Source: a phage
DNA length: 64,000 nt
NCBI GenBank assembly: GCA_012365435.1
Contig: GCA_012365435.1_4518.1
Direction: 5' to 3' (one strand)
Part shown: one piece after another, positions 37,811 through 47,579 of the stretch
Layout of the letters: every line of letters starts with the position of its first letter
Numbering within the stretch: the first letter of the stretch is position 1
Notes under the pieces: model-generated
The model's database searches: none
What the model was told of the DNA's origin: nothing
The model's input: the letters and a program-made list of their open reading frames with translations, nothing else
Made by a program: the position numbers and the translations under genes

Positions 37811-38710
37811 TTATTCCTCGATTACGACATCTTCGTATTTAGGTATATTATACGGCGAAGAAATTAAAGCGTTAAAGTAGATGAACTCACCAAGACCTGG
37901 ATGGAATACTTCTTCAGGATTTTCGAAATATTGAATCTTCGGACGTCCTTTAAGAATTTGATAGTACTCAGTTTTAGTTGGTTTAAAAATTCGAATCAGC
38001 GCTTCTTCAGGATACTTATTTCTGTCAAAGCTATTATTTGGATCGGTTATATAAAGCGGTTGACCTAATTGAATTGCGCATTCAACCACTTGTTCAAAAC
38101 GATAACACGGGTCACTAATTCGAAATGGATGAAAAATACCATCTAGATGAATAGGAGCCAAATCACCTACAAGACGCTGCATGACGGAAGGACGTATAAC
38201 TTTCTGCGTTACGATAATCTTATTACCATCGGCACCTGCGTTAACCAGCACTTCCTTTTGACGTTCATTCAACACAGTAGTTTGAAGTGAACGATTAACA
38301 GACAACATGTCGGTTTTTAAGAATTCATCAATATAAAAACGTGGTTTATTAGGGTCTGCAGTGATATTGAAATTGAATTCTACGTCAAAAGCGCCATCAT
38401 ATCCAGTGATATCTGTGATTAGAAAATCACAATCATAATAAGCAATTAATGAATCAACCACAAATTCATTTTCAGACCAGAAATATTTACGAGTGTTATA
38501 CGCGTTATCTTTATACCATAATGGAACAAACTTAAATTCCGGGAAAAGACGTTCACATTCTTTAATATCAGATGCATTACGTGGATATGTAATCACATCA
38601 CCTGGATTAGCACGGTGCAAATGAAGTTGGAAGTTGCCATCCTTAAGGATAGCATACTGTCCAGTTTCATAAGACCGCATACTCAAGATTGGTACGCGGA
38701 AAATAGCCAT
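37811..38710 (-). CDS. Hypothetical protein (299 aa) in the T4 beta-gt slot
   Basis: ORF track; no recognisable similarity to T4 beta-glucosyltransferase. Confidence 0.5.
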   Translation of the reverse strand: MAIFRVPILSMRSYETGQYAILKDGNFQLHLHRANPGDVITYPRNASDIKECERLFPEFKFVPLWYKDNAYNTRKYFWSENEFVVDSLIAYYDCDFLITDITGYDGAFDVEFNFNITADPNKPRFYIDEFLKTDMLSVNRSLQTTVLNERQKEVLVNAGADGNKIIVTQKVIRPSVMQRLVGDLAPIHLDGIFHPFRISDPCYRFEQVVECAIQLGQPLYITDPNNSFDRNKYPEEALIRIFKPTKTEYYQILKGRPKIQYFENPEEVFHPGLGEFIYFNALISSPYNIPKYEDVVIEE

Positions 38711-39426
38711 TAGTCAAGGAATCCTTTAACATAATCAAAATCACGTTCAAACACATGGGCACTTACCATGGTATGAGTATAATCACCAACTTCTACGCCG
38801 CATTCGTTAGCGATATAATGAAGTAATTTTCCTTGGAGATAAAAATCCAACTGCATAACAACAGCACAGTTCTGAGAACGCATATGACAGTGGGTATAAA
38901 GCTTACCATCGCGAATATAATAAGTCACTGAGTCAGTACATGGATATTCAAGTGTTTCGTCCGAATCAAGCAAAGCCTGATCAGAACTTTCTAGAATTTG
39001 GAACACAACTCTTCGAGAGTTAGGTTTCTCTTTAAGTTCTTTTAGAAGAGCTGGTAATTGGGCCGCAATGCGAGGACCATAGAAAGTGTTGAAGTTCGCC
39101 GGCAAAGCGTCTGATTTAGGTTTAGAAATAAATTTAGCGACATTAGGATATGCCTTAAACGCTTCTTCTGCATCAGTACCACCAGAAATCATAAACTTCC
39201 AGAAGTCTTCGGCATATTCATAAGAGATGCGGTTAATACGTGGGTCGGTCATTTTGAATGATGATGGATTGTCAACAACTACTGTCATGGACCTGATTTC
39301 ATTACAACGTCCAATACGAGAATCAGTTACGAATTCAGGATTTTCTAAAATTTCACGATTGACTGCTTTAAATGCGGCTTGAAAATCTGCGGCTTTGATA
39401 TATTTCATTGTGTTATGTTTTCCCAT
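38710..39426 (-). CDS. 42: dCMP hydroxymethylase gp42 (thymidylate-synthase fold)
   Basis: 238 aa; block YPCTDSVTYYIRDGKLY...MRSQNCAVVMQLDF parallels FMCTNTVQYLIRDKK...MRSNDVVFGF of T4 gp42 as recalled; GAGGT RBS. Confidence 0.65.
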   Translation of the reverse strand: MGKHNTMKYIKAADFQAAFKAVNREILENPEFVTDSRIGRCNEIRSMTVVVDNPSSFKMTDPRINRISYEYAEDFWKFMISGGTDAEEAFKAYPNVAKFISKPKSDALPANFNTFYGPRIAAQLPALLKELKEKPNSRRVVFQILESSDQALLDSDETLEYPCTDSVTYYIRDGKLYTHCHMRSQNCAVVMQLDFYLQGKLLHYIANECGVEVGDYTHTMVSAHVFERDFDYVKGFLD

Positions 39427-39468
39427 GTTTACCTCAATACAATTTATTATATACTCAATTCGTAAAGC

Positions 39469-39708
39469 TTATTTGAATTTCTTGGCAATGTTGATATAAC
39501 GTAAAGCTTCAGAATCTATACTTCCAAGAACACTATGAAGGAATGCATCAGTGTAGTATTCCAATTGAACAGGTTCTTTAATCACTTTAGCCGCTTTGGT
39601 TTCAAACAGGCCCATAAGGGCCTTTTTAAGAATTTGTTCGTTAGTGTTCAGTTTTATAGTCAAAATCTCTTCATTAAGTTGGTGGTTAAAAGTTTTTCTA
39701 GAAATCAT
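39469..39708 (-). CDS. Hypothetical protein (79 aa), not Imm-like
   Basis: ORF track; hydrophilic, unlike membrane protein Imm that occupies this slot in T4. Confidence 0.45.
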   Translation of the reverse strand: MISRKTFNHQLNEEILTIKLNTNEQILKKALMGLFETKAAKVIKEPVQLEYYTDAFLHSVLGSIDSEALRYINIAKKFK

Positions 39709-40865
39709 TCCGGGTACCTCAAAGCGTCATCAGAGTTAGTTATATCAATAATAGATATAGAGTTTTCTGATAACCCATTTTTAGATAACTGACGTTTATA
39801 ATATCTTTCACAATATGTACACGTCGTCCCGCAGATTTCATTAGCACAATCGAAATCTGGATGTCTGAACCACCTTTTTTCTAAAAAACCGTCTAACAAT
39901 GAGGTTTCAATATTTACTGTATGTGAAAACTCAGTCTCATTTTCAAGAGTGAAAATAGTCTCTAAAGGCTTCCACAGTTCTAACAAATTACCTTCAAACT
40001 TTTCAGAAGCGTATGCTTCAAGAACTTTCAAAATGTAGTCTGTGCTACCTGTACGTCCTGAAACTTTGAATTGAGTGATACCAATATCATTATAAAGTTT
40101 CAAATCTTGAGGACGAACAAAACGAGTTCTCAGCCAGTTAAATGGGTCTGTATCACGAGCTTTAATACAGTGCTGCATAGGATATCCATTTAAGGATTTA
40201 GCATCATCAGCGGTAACATCAGTACTATGGAAAATATAGCAAGAGTCACGATAGCTACAATGTGTTGTATACCCTTTACCAGCATTAGAACAGAACTCAT
40301 TTACAAGAACTTCAAATATTATATTGTTCTTATTGCAAAACTCTGCTGCACGCTTCAGGAAAGAAACTGAACGGTTCTTATGAATTCCGCAACAGACTTT
40401 TTTGATGTTATATTGGTCGTGCAAGTATTTGATTTGAGTTACAGCATCAACATGTAGAATTGTTGAAACTTCAATCTCAATGTCTTTATTGACTTCACGA
40501 ACAATTTCCATAACAACAGGGTTAGCGATAGTAATACGCCATACGCCTATTGACCAAAGATACTGAACATAATCCTGAATAGCTTTCTTCTTCCACTCAA
40601 CTAGTTCTCTTTTTGAACCAGGATTTATCGTGTTGAGTGTATAGTTAAAGCAAATACCTAATTCGTTACAACGTTTAACGTAGTCTTCTAACATCTTTTT
40701 GTCAACGTCAGGAAGCCTAAAATCAGGTCTGGCTGCTACAAAAGCCATTTCTCTTGTAGAGCCGTATACTTCGTTTATCAAGCTATTAGGATAAGTTTTA
40801 TTGAGCTCTACGATTTTATCAAGAAGAGCTAAATCAAAATTCGTTCCGATTTTAAAAGTATTCAT
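39705..40865 (-). CDS. U32-family-like Cys-rich enzyme (putative Fe-S dependent; function unknown)
   Basis: 386 aa; blocks NPVVMEIVRE and EIEVSTILHVDAV resemble DPGLIMLVRE / PIHLSVQANAV of U32 proteins; Cys clusters VCCG..FCS..HCS..SC and C-x4-C-x3-C-x2-C. Confidence 0.5.
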   Translation of the reverse strand: MNTFKIGTNFDLALLDKIVELNKTYPNSLINEVYGSTREMAFVAARPDFRLPDVDKKMLEDYVKRCNELGICFNYTLNTINPGSKRELVEWKKKAIQDYVQYLWSIGVWRITIANPVVMEIVREVNKDIEIEVSTILHVDAVTQIKYLHDQYNIKKVCCGIHKNRSVSFLKRAAEFCNKNNIIFEVLVNEFCSNAGKGYTTHCSYRDSCYIFHSTDVTADDAKSLNGYPMQHCIKARDTDPFNWLRTRFVRPQDLKLYNDIGITQFKVSGRTGSTDYILKVLEAYASEKFEGNLLELWKPLETIFTLENETEFSHTVNIETSLLDGFLEKRWFRHPDFDCANEICGTTCTYCERYYKRQLSKNGLSENSISIIDITNSDDALRYPE

Positions 40866-40921
40866 TTTTTTGCATCTCGCGTTAATTGATGCGATGGTTT
40901 TTGCAGGTCTTACTTAAATTA

Positions 40922-41323
40922 TTATAGATTCGGTTTATATGATTTAAATGTTTCGAATTCGCCTTTATTCATAAGAGCTTTGAATTCGTCAGGACGCATA
41001 GCTTTGTCGTCGATAATCCAATCATATACTGGTTTATGTGTTAGCAAATTATGGTACTTCAAGCCAATGTTTGCCAAGTTCTGAATCAGACTTGGGAGAA
41101 TGTCAATTGCTATACGACCAGGACCTACTGACTTCATACCACGAGCAGTGTAAAGCGTTATGGTATGCCCTGCATCATACAGGGCATTAATGGCAGACAC
41201 CATTTCGACGTCCGGTTTGAAGTTCACGTAATCACGATTGTTATTCCACTCTGTTATACAATCATCGACATCAAAACAAAGATTAAGCATGTTTTCTACA
41301 CGGTGCATTAGATTCGTTCCCAT
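40922..41323 (-). CDS. HAD-superfamily small phosphatase (KdsC-like)
   Basis: 133 aa; HAD motif I FDVDDCIT near N-terminus; coordinates from ORF track. Confidence 0.55.
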   Translation of the reverse strand: MGTNLMHRVENMLNLCFDVDDCITEWNNNRDYVNFKPDVEMVSAINALYDAGHTITLYTARGMKSVGPGRIAIDILPSLIQNLANIGLKYHNLLTHKPVYDWIIDDKAMRPDEFKALMNKGEFETFKSYKPNL

Positions 41324-42993
41324 TGATGAGTGATATCGCCACCGATTGGACGATAGGAAACACCAGTTTCTTTATCAGTTAGTACCCATTTACCAGGATT
41401 TTTTGTAATCAGAGTAGCCGTTACAGGTTCTGCTACGTCATAACTAATAGAGCCGTCTTGAAGTACACGGCCCATGTTACGTAATTGCTTAGTCAGAAGT
41501 TCCATACCTTTATAATATGCGGCTACCGCTTTAAGTGGATTATTCTTGAAATAACCACCTAATGCAATCCAGATAATTGCTACTGCCAAATGATGATACT
41601 CGTTAAACGAACTCATCTTTCCATATTTGTAAACTAATGGATTGATGTTAATAGTCACATTACAAGTTGTTTCATCAATAGTAAACTGTCCCCAGGTCGG
41701 ATTAGCATTGAATTCATCATAACCTGAAACAGCATAAAGCACTTTAGCTTCATCATATAATTTTGGCCCGTAAATCTTGGTTTCACCAAAATATCCACGA
41801 GGGTCGATAAACTTGACTTCGCCGTTATCAGTAATCATAGTATTACTGAAGTTCGGGTCACCGTGAATAACAGAGTACTGTCCCTGAGAACGATTATGAT
41901 AACGAATAAGGTGTTCTAAAGCTTGTTTCAGCATTGGCTTCAGACGTCCAATCTTAGTGTAGTTCACGTGTGTGATTTTACCAAATGAATCAATCAATGG
42001 CTGAATGCTTTCACAACGATCAATAACTTTCGTATAGAATTCTTTAGTGAAATCACGACGAACAGTTTCAGGACTTACAAAATAAGTGTCTGTGCTGAAT
42101 TTCAGTGCATCTAAAATTGCATCAACAATTTGTGGACGAGCAAGACTTGATTTGGATTTAATATATTCAAATGCTGGCTTACCTTTAATACGTTCCATTT
42201 CAAAATTATTTTCATTTACCGAAACTAACTGAGGAACTGAATCTGATTTCACTTTCAAATACCATGAAATCTCATCTTTTTGAAGAGCTCGACCTTGTTC
42301 GGTTAACGCGAATTTAGTTACAGTTTCTTCGCCAATTTCAACTGCATTAAAACTACGATTAAGTTCACGAACTTCATGGGCCTTTTCAAGTTTAGGCATA
42401 TCACCTAAATCAATTAGATTCATAAGCTCTGATTTATTGAATGCACTGCCGTAAAGGAATTCTACGAAATCACGTCCTTTGCAGTATTCATGAATTTCCT
42501 CATCAGTAGAACCCATGTAGAATTCCCAGTCTTTGAACTGATAAATTCCTACAACATTACCGCCTGTTGAACCTACGTTAGTGATATTTTCACCATCGAA
42601 ATTATATCGACATTCATCACCCTTAACATAGATTGCGTTAACATTCCAAGACCATGAACCAAAATCAGGAATAATATCACACCAGTTAACAATTACGTTA
42701 TGGCCATCTAAATCTTTGTATAATTTAGCAAGAGCATAAGCAGAACCATACGCTTCATCAACTGTACGAATAGTCACATTGAACCCTTCTTGCTCGCAAT
42801 AAGCTCGAACAGTTTCAGCAAATTTTGAATGAACTACTACAATAATTTCATCTGCGCCAAGGTCAGAATAAATTGTATACAAATTGCTCAGAATAGTGTC
42901 TTGTTTATAGTTAACAAGAACTTTTGGAATATGATGCGTTATTGGATACAAACGAGTTGCCAGTCCAGCACCAAGAATAACAGCTTTTTTCAT
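41308..42993 (-). CDS. Bifunctional sugar-1-phosphate nucleotidyltransferase / APH-like sugar kinase
   Basis: 561 aa; N-terminal MKKAVILGAGLATRLYPIT (RmlA/MurU-type NTase); C-terminal VIHGDPNFSNTMI and FIDPRG (APH/choline-kinase-type catalytic motifs). Confidence 0.7.
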   Translation of the reverse strand: MKKAVILGAGLATRLYPITHHIPKVLVNYKQDTILSNLYTIYSDLGADEIIVVVHSKFAETVRAYCEQEGFNVTIRTVDEAYGSAYALAKLYKDLDGHNVIVNWCDIIPDFGSWSWNVNAIYVKGDECRYNFDGENITNVGSTGGNVVGIYQFKDWEFYMGSTDEEIHEYCKGRDFVEFLYGSAFNKSELMNLIDLGDMPKLEKAHEVRELNRSFNAVEIGEETVTKFALTEQGRALQKDEISWYLKVKSDSVPQLVSVNENNFEMERIKGKPAFEYIKSKSSLARPQIVDAILDALKFSTDTYFVSPETVRRDFTKEFYTKVIDRCESIQPLIDSFGKITHVNYTKIGRLKPMLKQALEHLIRYHNRSQGQYSVIHGDPNFSNTMITDNGEVKFIDPRGYFGETKIYGPKLYDEAKVLYAVSGYDEFNANPTWGQFTIDETTCNVTININPLVYKYGKMSSFNEYHHLAVAIIWIALGGYFKNNPLKAVAAYYKGMELLTKQLRNMGRVLQDGSISYDVAEPVTATLITKNPGKWVLTDKETGVSYRPIGGDITHQWERI

Positions 42994-43174
42994 GTTGTGG
43001 TCCTCATTGGTAAGTAGGTGTATTGTACACTATTCTAGTTAAAGCATTCATACTTTGCTTGTAGTCCAATCATAATCCATCCAATTACAAGTGTTGGAAT
43101 CATTACTGGAGCCGTTAAGCTCCAGTAGATAGTCATGACAAGCATCAATAGTAAAAGTCCTATTGTTATTGCTT

Positions 43175-43810
43175 TCATTGTTCGCCTCGTAACATGGCAC
43201 CTAGTGCACCGCCTGGGTGGAACTTAAGGAAGTCATTAGAGGTAAATCCACGTTCAGACGAAAGGTTGATAGCGAACGTATCGATAAGCGCTAACAACAA
43301 TGTAGTGGACATGGTCGGAGCCAGAGAATTCTCATCAACCTCTACCGCGATGCCTGTACAGAAAGAGTAATCAAAAAGGGCTTCATTTTCTTGCGGAATG
43401 TCCGGGTTACAATGCAACAGAATCTGTTTGACATTTGGACGAATCATTTTAAGATGCTTAGCCACGCCTATCATTTCTTCAGTTTTACCAGAACGACTAA
43501 TATGAATCAACACATCATTAGGCGCAATGAATCCTGCATCACCGTGAGAATAATGCCCGGTGTTCAAGTACATACTTGGGATACCGAGTGAAGCAAATGT
43601 CTCAGAAGCTTTAGTTGCAATATTAGCATTCTTACCAACACCTGTAATAATTACTCGGCTTTCATAATTACTAAGTCCAGGGCGTCGAAGAGTTTCTAGA
43701 ATAGCATTATAACGAGCAGGGTTTTGACTAATTACTTTGGCCATAGCGGCCAAAGAAGAAGCTTGTTTTATAATTGCGTCAATAGCGATAGTAATAGGAG
43801 TAGTTTTCAT
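43175..43810 (-). CDS. SIS-domain sugar-phosphate isomerase, KdsD/GutQ-like (putative D-arabinose-5-phosphate isomerase)
   Basis: 211 aa; ITGVGKNANIA...ISRSGKTEE...LAPTMSTT...FHPGGALG mirrors the KdsD SIS domain motifs as recalled; no CBS domains. Confidence 0.7.
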   Translation of the reverse strand: MKTTPITIAIDAIIKQASSLAAMAKVISQNPARYNAILETLRRPGLSNYESRVIITGVGKNANIATKASETFASLGIPSMYLNTGHYSHGDAGFIAPNDVLIHISRSGKTEEMIGVAKHLKMIRPNVKQILLHCNPDIPQENEALFDYSFCTGIAVEVDENSLAPTMSTTLLLALIDTFAINLSSERGFTSNDFLKFHPGGALGAMLRGEQ

Positions 43811-43850
43811 ATTTCTCTCATTTAATTAGTTTACCGTCCATGGCATTATA

Positions 43851-46562
43851 TCAAAAATCGAACATATCGAACAGAGATGCTTTCTTCTCGTAATCGAGTT
43901 TCGCTGCTGATGTGAATCCTTCAAGTGGTTTAATAAATGTCTTCTCAAGGAGAACAGTGTAGTCCATCCAATGAAGTACGTCGTCTTTAATTAAATCTGT
44001 GATTTCAGTGCCAGAAGGCCATGCGATACATTTATCACCGAATGGGTTTCCTTCACGTAAAGGCAGAACATATACTTTTTCACCTTCTACAACTTGTGGT
44101 GCATCAATATTACCTTTGATAGCTCGGTTATATGTCAAAATTCCACGAATATGGAACGGGCATTTAGGTCCTGGATATCCACCCACATCGTATTTAGCAA
44201 TGTTATTCGCAGAAGATACTGACGCGATGCTAATATAATTCAATTGACGGAATTCTTTTTCAAACTCTTTAAAATATTCTTGTAATGATTCTTCACCTTC
44301 TTGAAGCATACGACGAATACATTCTTTAAGAGCTTTCTGTACTGCTTTAGGGGTCGAAGATTTCTGAGTCTCTAGACCCATGATTTTGAGTTTAGGCTCA
44401 GCGTATCTGGTTCCTTCCATATCCCACACGTTTAATGCATAACGTTTCTTACCAGTCCAGAATCCACCAATACCTTTAGAACCGAGTGGAGGACCAGCGA
44501 TAGCTTCTCGGTCCATGAACATCAAATGTTGCTTATTATTCATGTATTCGCACATTTCACGGAAACCTCTATCAATAGCAGGTTCCATACGTTCACGTGC
44601 AAACTTATCTAAGAAGTCTACCCAGTGGTTGGTATCACGGAATTTAGATTCACCAACCTTATCGATAATTTTATCAGCAGATACGTAAATAGAGTCTGTA
44701 TCACCATAAAGAACGAAAGCTTCACCTTCTGTACCACAAACTTCATTCAGATATTCATTAACTTTACGTTCAATCCACTGTAAAGCCATTTGACCGAATG
44801 TTGTGATTGCAGTTGCATTACGCAAATCATAATAACGGAACCAAACGTTTCCAAGTGCACCATAAAGCGAGTTGATGAGCAATTTACGGTTAATCTGTGC
44901 AGTCATACCTGCAACTTCAGTACGTTGAGCTCTAAACAACATTTCATTAAGAGATTTAGAAGACAACTTTTTAATCTTTTCTTTAATCTCATCGCTGAAG
45001 TCGAAACGATAATCAACATCTAATGGTTCGTCAACAGAAAGATTAGGATTATGCAATGCCTCTTTAATTATTTCGCCATTACGTTGAGCCGCAAGCATGT
45101 AACCTTTATGTTCTTTACGTTGATTAAAGACCTTAGTGATTTCAGTTGGAACTACACCATCACGGTCTTTATAATACATCATGCCGTTAGGAGAACAACT
45201 GTACACATCTGAAGGACGTTCAGCGATTGCGTTAATATAATCATGCAATGGAGCTACTTTAAACGTTCCTGCTATTGTTTCCGGGCTAATATTCACTTGG
45301 CGAATAATACTTGGATACAGAGATGTAAGGTCGAAACTCATTACATATTTGTATCGATTTGGAATAGGTTCCTTAACAAAAGCGCCAGGATAAGGTTGAA
45401 CCGGGTGAGAACGACCTTGTGGAATCACCTTGTTCTGCTCTTTAAGGCTATTAAAAATAATAGCATCCCATGTTTTAATTGGGCTAAACACAGATTGAAT
45501 CTGTATCTTAGCATAATAACCCATGTCCAAACTCAAGTTGATGAACTGACGCTTAGAATCAATTTGCAATACACGATACACGTCGATAATGTTATAAGAA
45601 ATATACCGTTGGTGATTGCTTTCACGAAGCTTAGAAATAGGGCCGTCATATTTCAGTTTACCAACGTTCAATTCAAATTCTGAAATGTAATCCAGAGAAT
45701 ACGATGGTTGATTGGTAAAAGAGAATTTTTTGTAAAGGTCAATGTAATCAAGAACAGAGATACCGAACAATGTAATGATTTCACGAGAACCATACATGTT
45801 TTCGATAACTTTAACACGAGTTTTACGATGTGGTGATAAACGTTTCGCAGTAGATTCGCCAAAAATATTCTTGATTCGGTTATACACATATGGAATATCA
45901 AATGACTCAACGTTCCATCCAGTCAAAATGACAGGAGTTTTCTGTTGCCAGAAGTTGAGATATTCCATCAACAATTCTTTTTCGTTATCGAACGGCATAT
46001 AAATGATTTTATCGATAATTTCAGATGGAACTTCATCACCGCCTTGTTCTTGAAGCTTTGCAGCGATTTCAATAGACCATTCTTCTACATTACCATATGG
46101 AGAATTCAATAGATCAAATACGTAGAACCTGTCGTCAATTGAGTCATAATGGGTGATAGCATCAATCGGATGTTTTGCTTGTGACGGCTCAGGGAACCCA
46201 TCCGGAGATGTTACTTCGATGTCGAAGTTAGCCACACGAATTTTTGTATGGTCGTATTTGATTTCATAGTTATAAGTGTCAGACAAATACGCCAATTTGA
46301 AATCGTCCATGCCAAGTGCTTCAAGTCCGATATCTTCCATGCGTTTAATCCATTGGGAGGCATCACGCATATTAGCGAACAACTTACGAGTACACGGCTT
46401 ACCGTAGATATCGAAATATTTCGTAGCCTGACTTTCTGGACAATGAGCAAACAGTGATGGTTTATATTCTACTTCACGAGTACGTTCACGGCCATTAGAA
46501 TCGATGTAACGTTCAAAAATTGAATCACCAATCTGTTCAACCGTTAAGTAAAATTCTTTCAT
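43851..46562 (-). CDS. 43: DNA polymerase gp43 (family B)
   Basis: 903 aa; sequence matches RB69 gp43 as recalled (MKEFYLTVEQIGDSIFERY..., exo DIE and pol DTDS motifs). Confidence 0.95.
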   Translation of the reverse strand: MKEFYLTVEQIGDSIFERYIDSNGRERTREVEYKPSLFAHCPESQATKYFDIYGKPCTRKLFANMRDASQWIKRMEDIGLEALGMDDFKLAYLSDTYNYEIKYDHTKIRVANFDIEVTSPDGFPEPSQAKHPIDAITHYDSIDDRFYVFDLLNSPYGNVEEWSIEIAAKLQEQGGDEVPSEIIDKIIYMPFDNEKELLMEYLNFWQQKTPVILTGWNVESFDIPYVYNRIKNIFGESTAKRLSPHRKTRVKVIENMYGSREIITLFGISVLDYIDLYKKFSFTNQPSYSLDYISEFELNVGKLKYDGPISKLRESNHQRYISYNIIDVYRVLQIDSKRQFINLSLDMGYYAKIQIQSVFSPIKTWDAIIFNSLKEQNKVIPQGRSHPVQPYPGAFVKEPIPNRYKYVMSFDLTSLYPSIIRQVNISPETIAGTFKVAPLHDYINAIAERPSDVYSCSPNGMMYYKDRDGVVPTEITKVFNQRKEHKGYMLAAQRNGEIIKEALHNPNLSVDEPLDVDYRFDFSDEIKEKIKKLSSKSLNEMLFRAQRTEVAGMTAQINRKLLINSLYGALGNVWFRYYDLRNATAITTFGQMALQWIERKVNEYLNEVCGTEGEAFVLYGDTDSIYVSADKIIDKVGESKFRDTNHWVDFLDKFARERMEPAIDRGFREMCEYMNNKQHLMFMDREAIAGPPLGSKGIGGFWTGKKRYALNVWDMEGTRYAEPKLKIMGLETQKSSTPKAVQKALKECIRRMLQEGEESLQEYFKEFEKEFRQLNYISIASVSSANNIAKYDVGGYPGPKCPFHIRGILTYNRAIKGNIDAPQVVEGEKVYVLPLREGNPFGDKCIAWPSGTEITDLIKDDVLHWMDYTVLLEKTFIKPLEGFTSAAKLDYEKKASLFDMFDF

Positions 46563-46590
46563 TTAATTTCCTTTAGACGAGTTATTGTCT
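46563..46590 (-). promoter_or_regulatory. gp43 autogenous translational operator (hairpin with AAUAACUC loop plus SD)
   Basis: - strand AGAC-AAUAACUC-GUCU hairpin followed by AAAGGAAAUUAA-AUG; loop identical to T4 gene 43 operator loop as recalled. Confidence 0.6.
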
Positions 46591-46621
46591 TTTGTTTGTT
46601 GATGAACTTATTATACTCCAA

Positions 46622-46639
46622 ATGGGACCGAAGTCCCAT
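46622..46639 (-). other. C(UUCG)G hairpin between regA and gene 43
   Basis: atgggac-cgaa-gtcccat, UUCG loop in - transcript; directly after regA stop, before a TATAAT -10. Confidence 0.4.
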
Positions 46640-46643
46640 TGCT

Positions 46644-47021
46644 TTAATTACCAATTGTATATTTTGCTTTCAAAGTCCAGTCATCTTTCTGTTTAAAAGA
46701 GATAACACGGAAGTTATTAGTCAGGCCAAACAGATCTTCACGAGCAGAGTCTTCAATAACAATCAATCCCCAGTCTTCAAGCAACTGGGCAATCGAATCA
46801 CGTCGCTGGTAGTCTTCACCATCGATATCAACTTGACGTCCGTCCATACGCAACATTTCTTTAAAGTGGACGATGTAATATTTACCTTGCTTTTGGAGGA
46901 TATGACAGGACTGATAAAGAACTTTATCCTTGTTATTAGCGATGCCCATACGGGTCAAAGTCTCTTTGACTTTCAGAAAATCTTCAGGGTTCTTCAATTT
47001 AATTTCGATCATTTTTACCAT
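46644..47021 (-). CDS. regA: Translational repressor RegA
   Basis: 125 aa; matches T4 RegA length and position. Confidence 0.85.
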   Translation of the reverse strand: MVKMIEIKLKNPEDFLKVKETLTRMGIANNKDKVLYQSCHILQKQGKYYIVHFKEMLRMDGRQVDIDGEDYQRRDSIAQLLEDWGLIVIEDSAREDLFGLTNNFRVISFKQKDDWTLKAKYTIGN

Positions 47022-47578
47022 TCCAATGCTAATTTTTTAAATTGTTTTTGTTCTTTCACATTTTTTGTAACTTCTTTGAGAAACTCATCAGTGACCATGG
47101 CCTTCAGTTCTTTAAGGACTATTGGCAACTTGTTATTTTTTTCAAGGAGCCGCTTATACTCGGTAGCATCATTCATGTTGATTGTGTAATGTTTCATCAA
47201 CAGTTTGATAACTAGTAACTCTGAAGTGTCTTCGACTAGTTTAGCCCATTTAGAGAATCGACGACCACGCGGAATTGCCGCCATCATATAGTTGAAGTGC
47301 GCTTCATCACTTAATTCAGAACCGACTAAGTTCATCATGTAAACGGCTGGCATACATTCTGGGAACTGGGATAATGAGTTCTCAACCATAAATTTTGAGT
47401 AGTCGACCTGAGCAATTGACATAGATTTCTTTTCATTAATAGCATTAATGATTTTAAAGAATTCATTCTCAGGTTTTTCTTTAAACATATCAGCACATTT
47501 TTGAATCGCATCAGCGTCATTAGACTTCCATGCAATTTGGTGCTCGTTAAGCTGGACGTCATCATCGAATAAGTTCAT
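47015..47578 (-). CDS. 62: Clamp loader small subunit gp62
   Basis: 187 aa as T4 gp62; between 44 and regA. Confidence 0.75.
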   Translation of the reverse strand: MNLFDDDVQLNEHQIAWKSNDADAIQKCADMFKEKPENEFFKIINAINEKKSMSIAQVDYSKFMVENSLSQFPECMPAVYMMNLVGSELSDEAHFNYMMAAIPRGRRFSKWAKLVEDTSELLVIKLLMKHYTINMNDATEYKRLLEKNNKLPIVLKELKAMVTDEFLKEVTKNVKEQKQFKKLALEW

Positions 47579-47579
47579 A

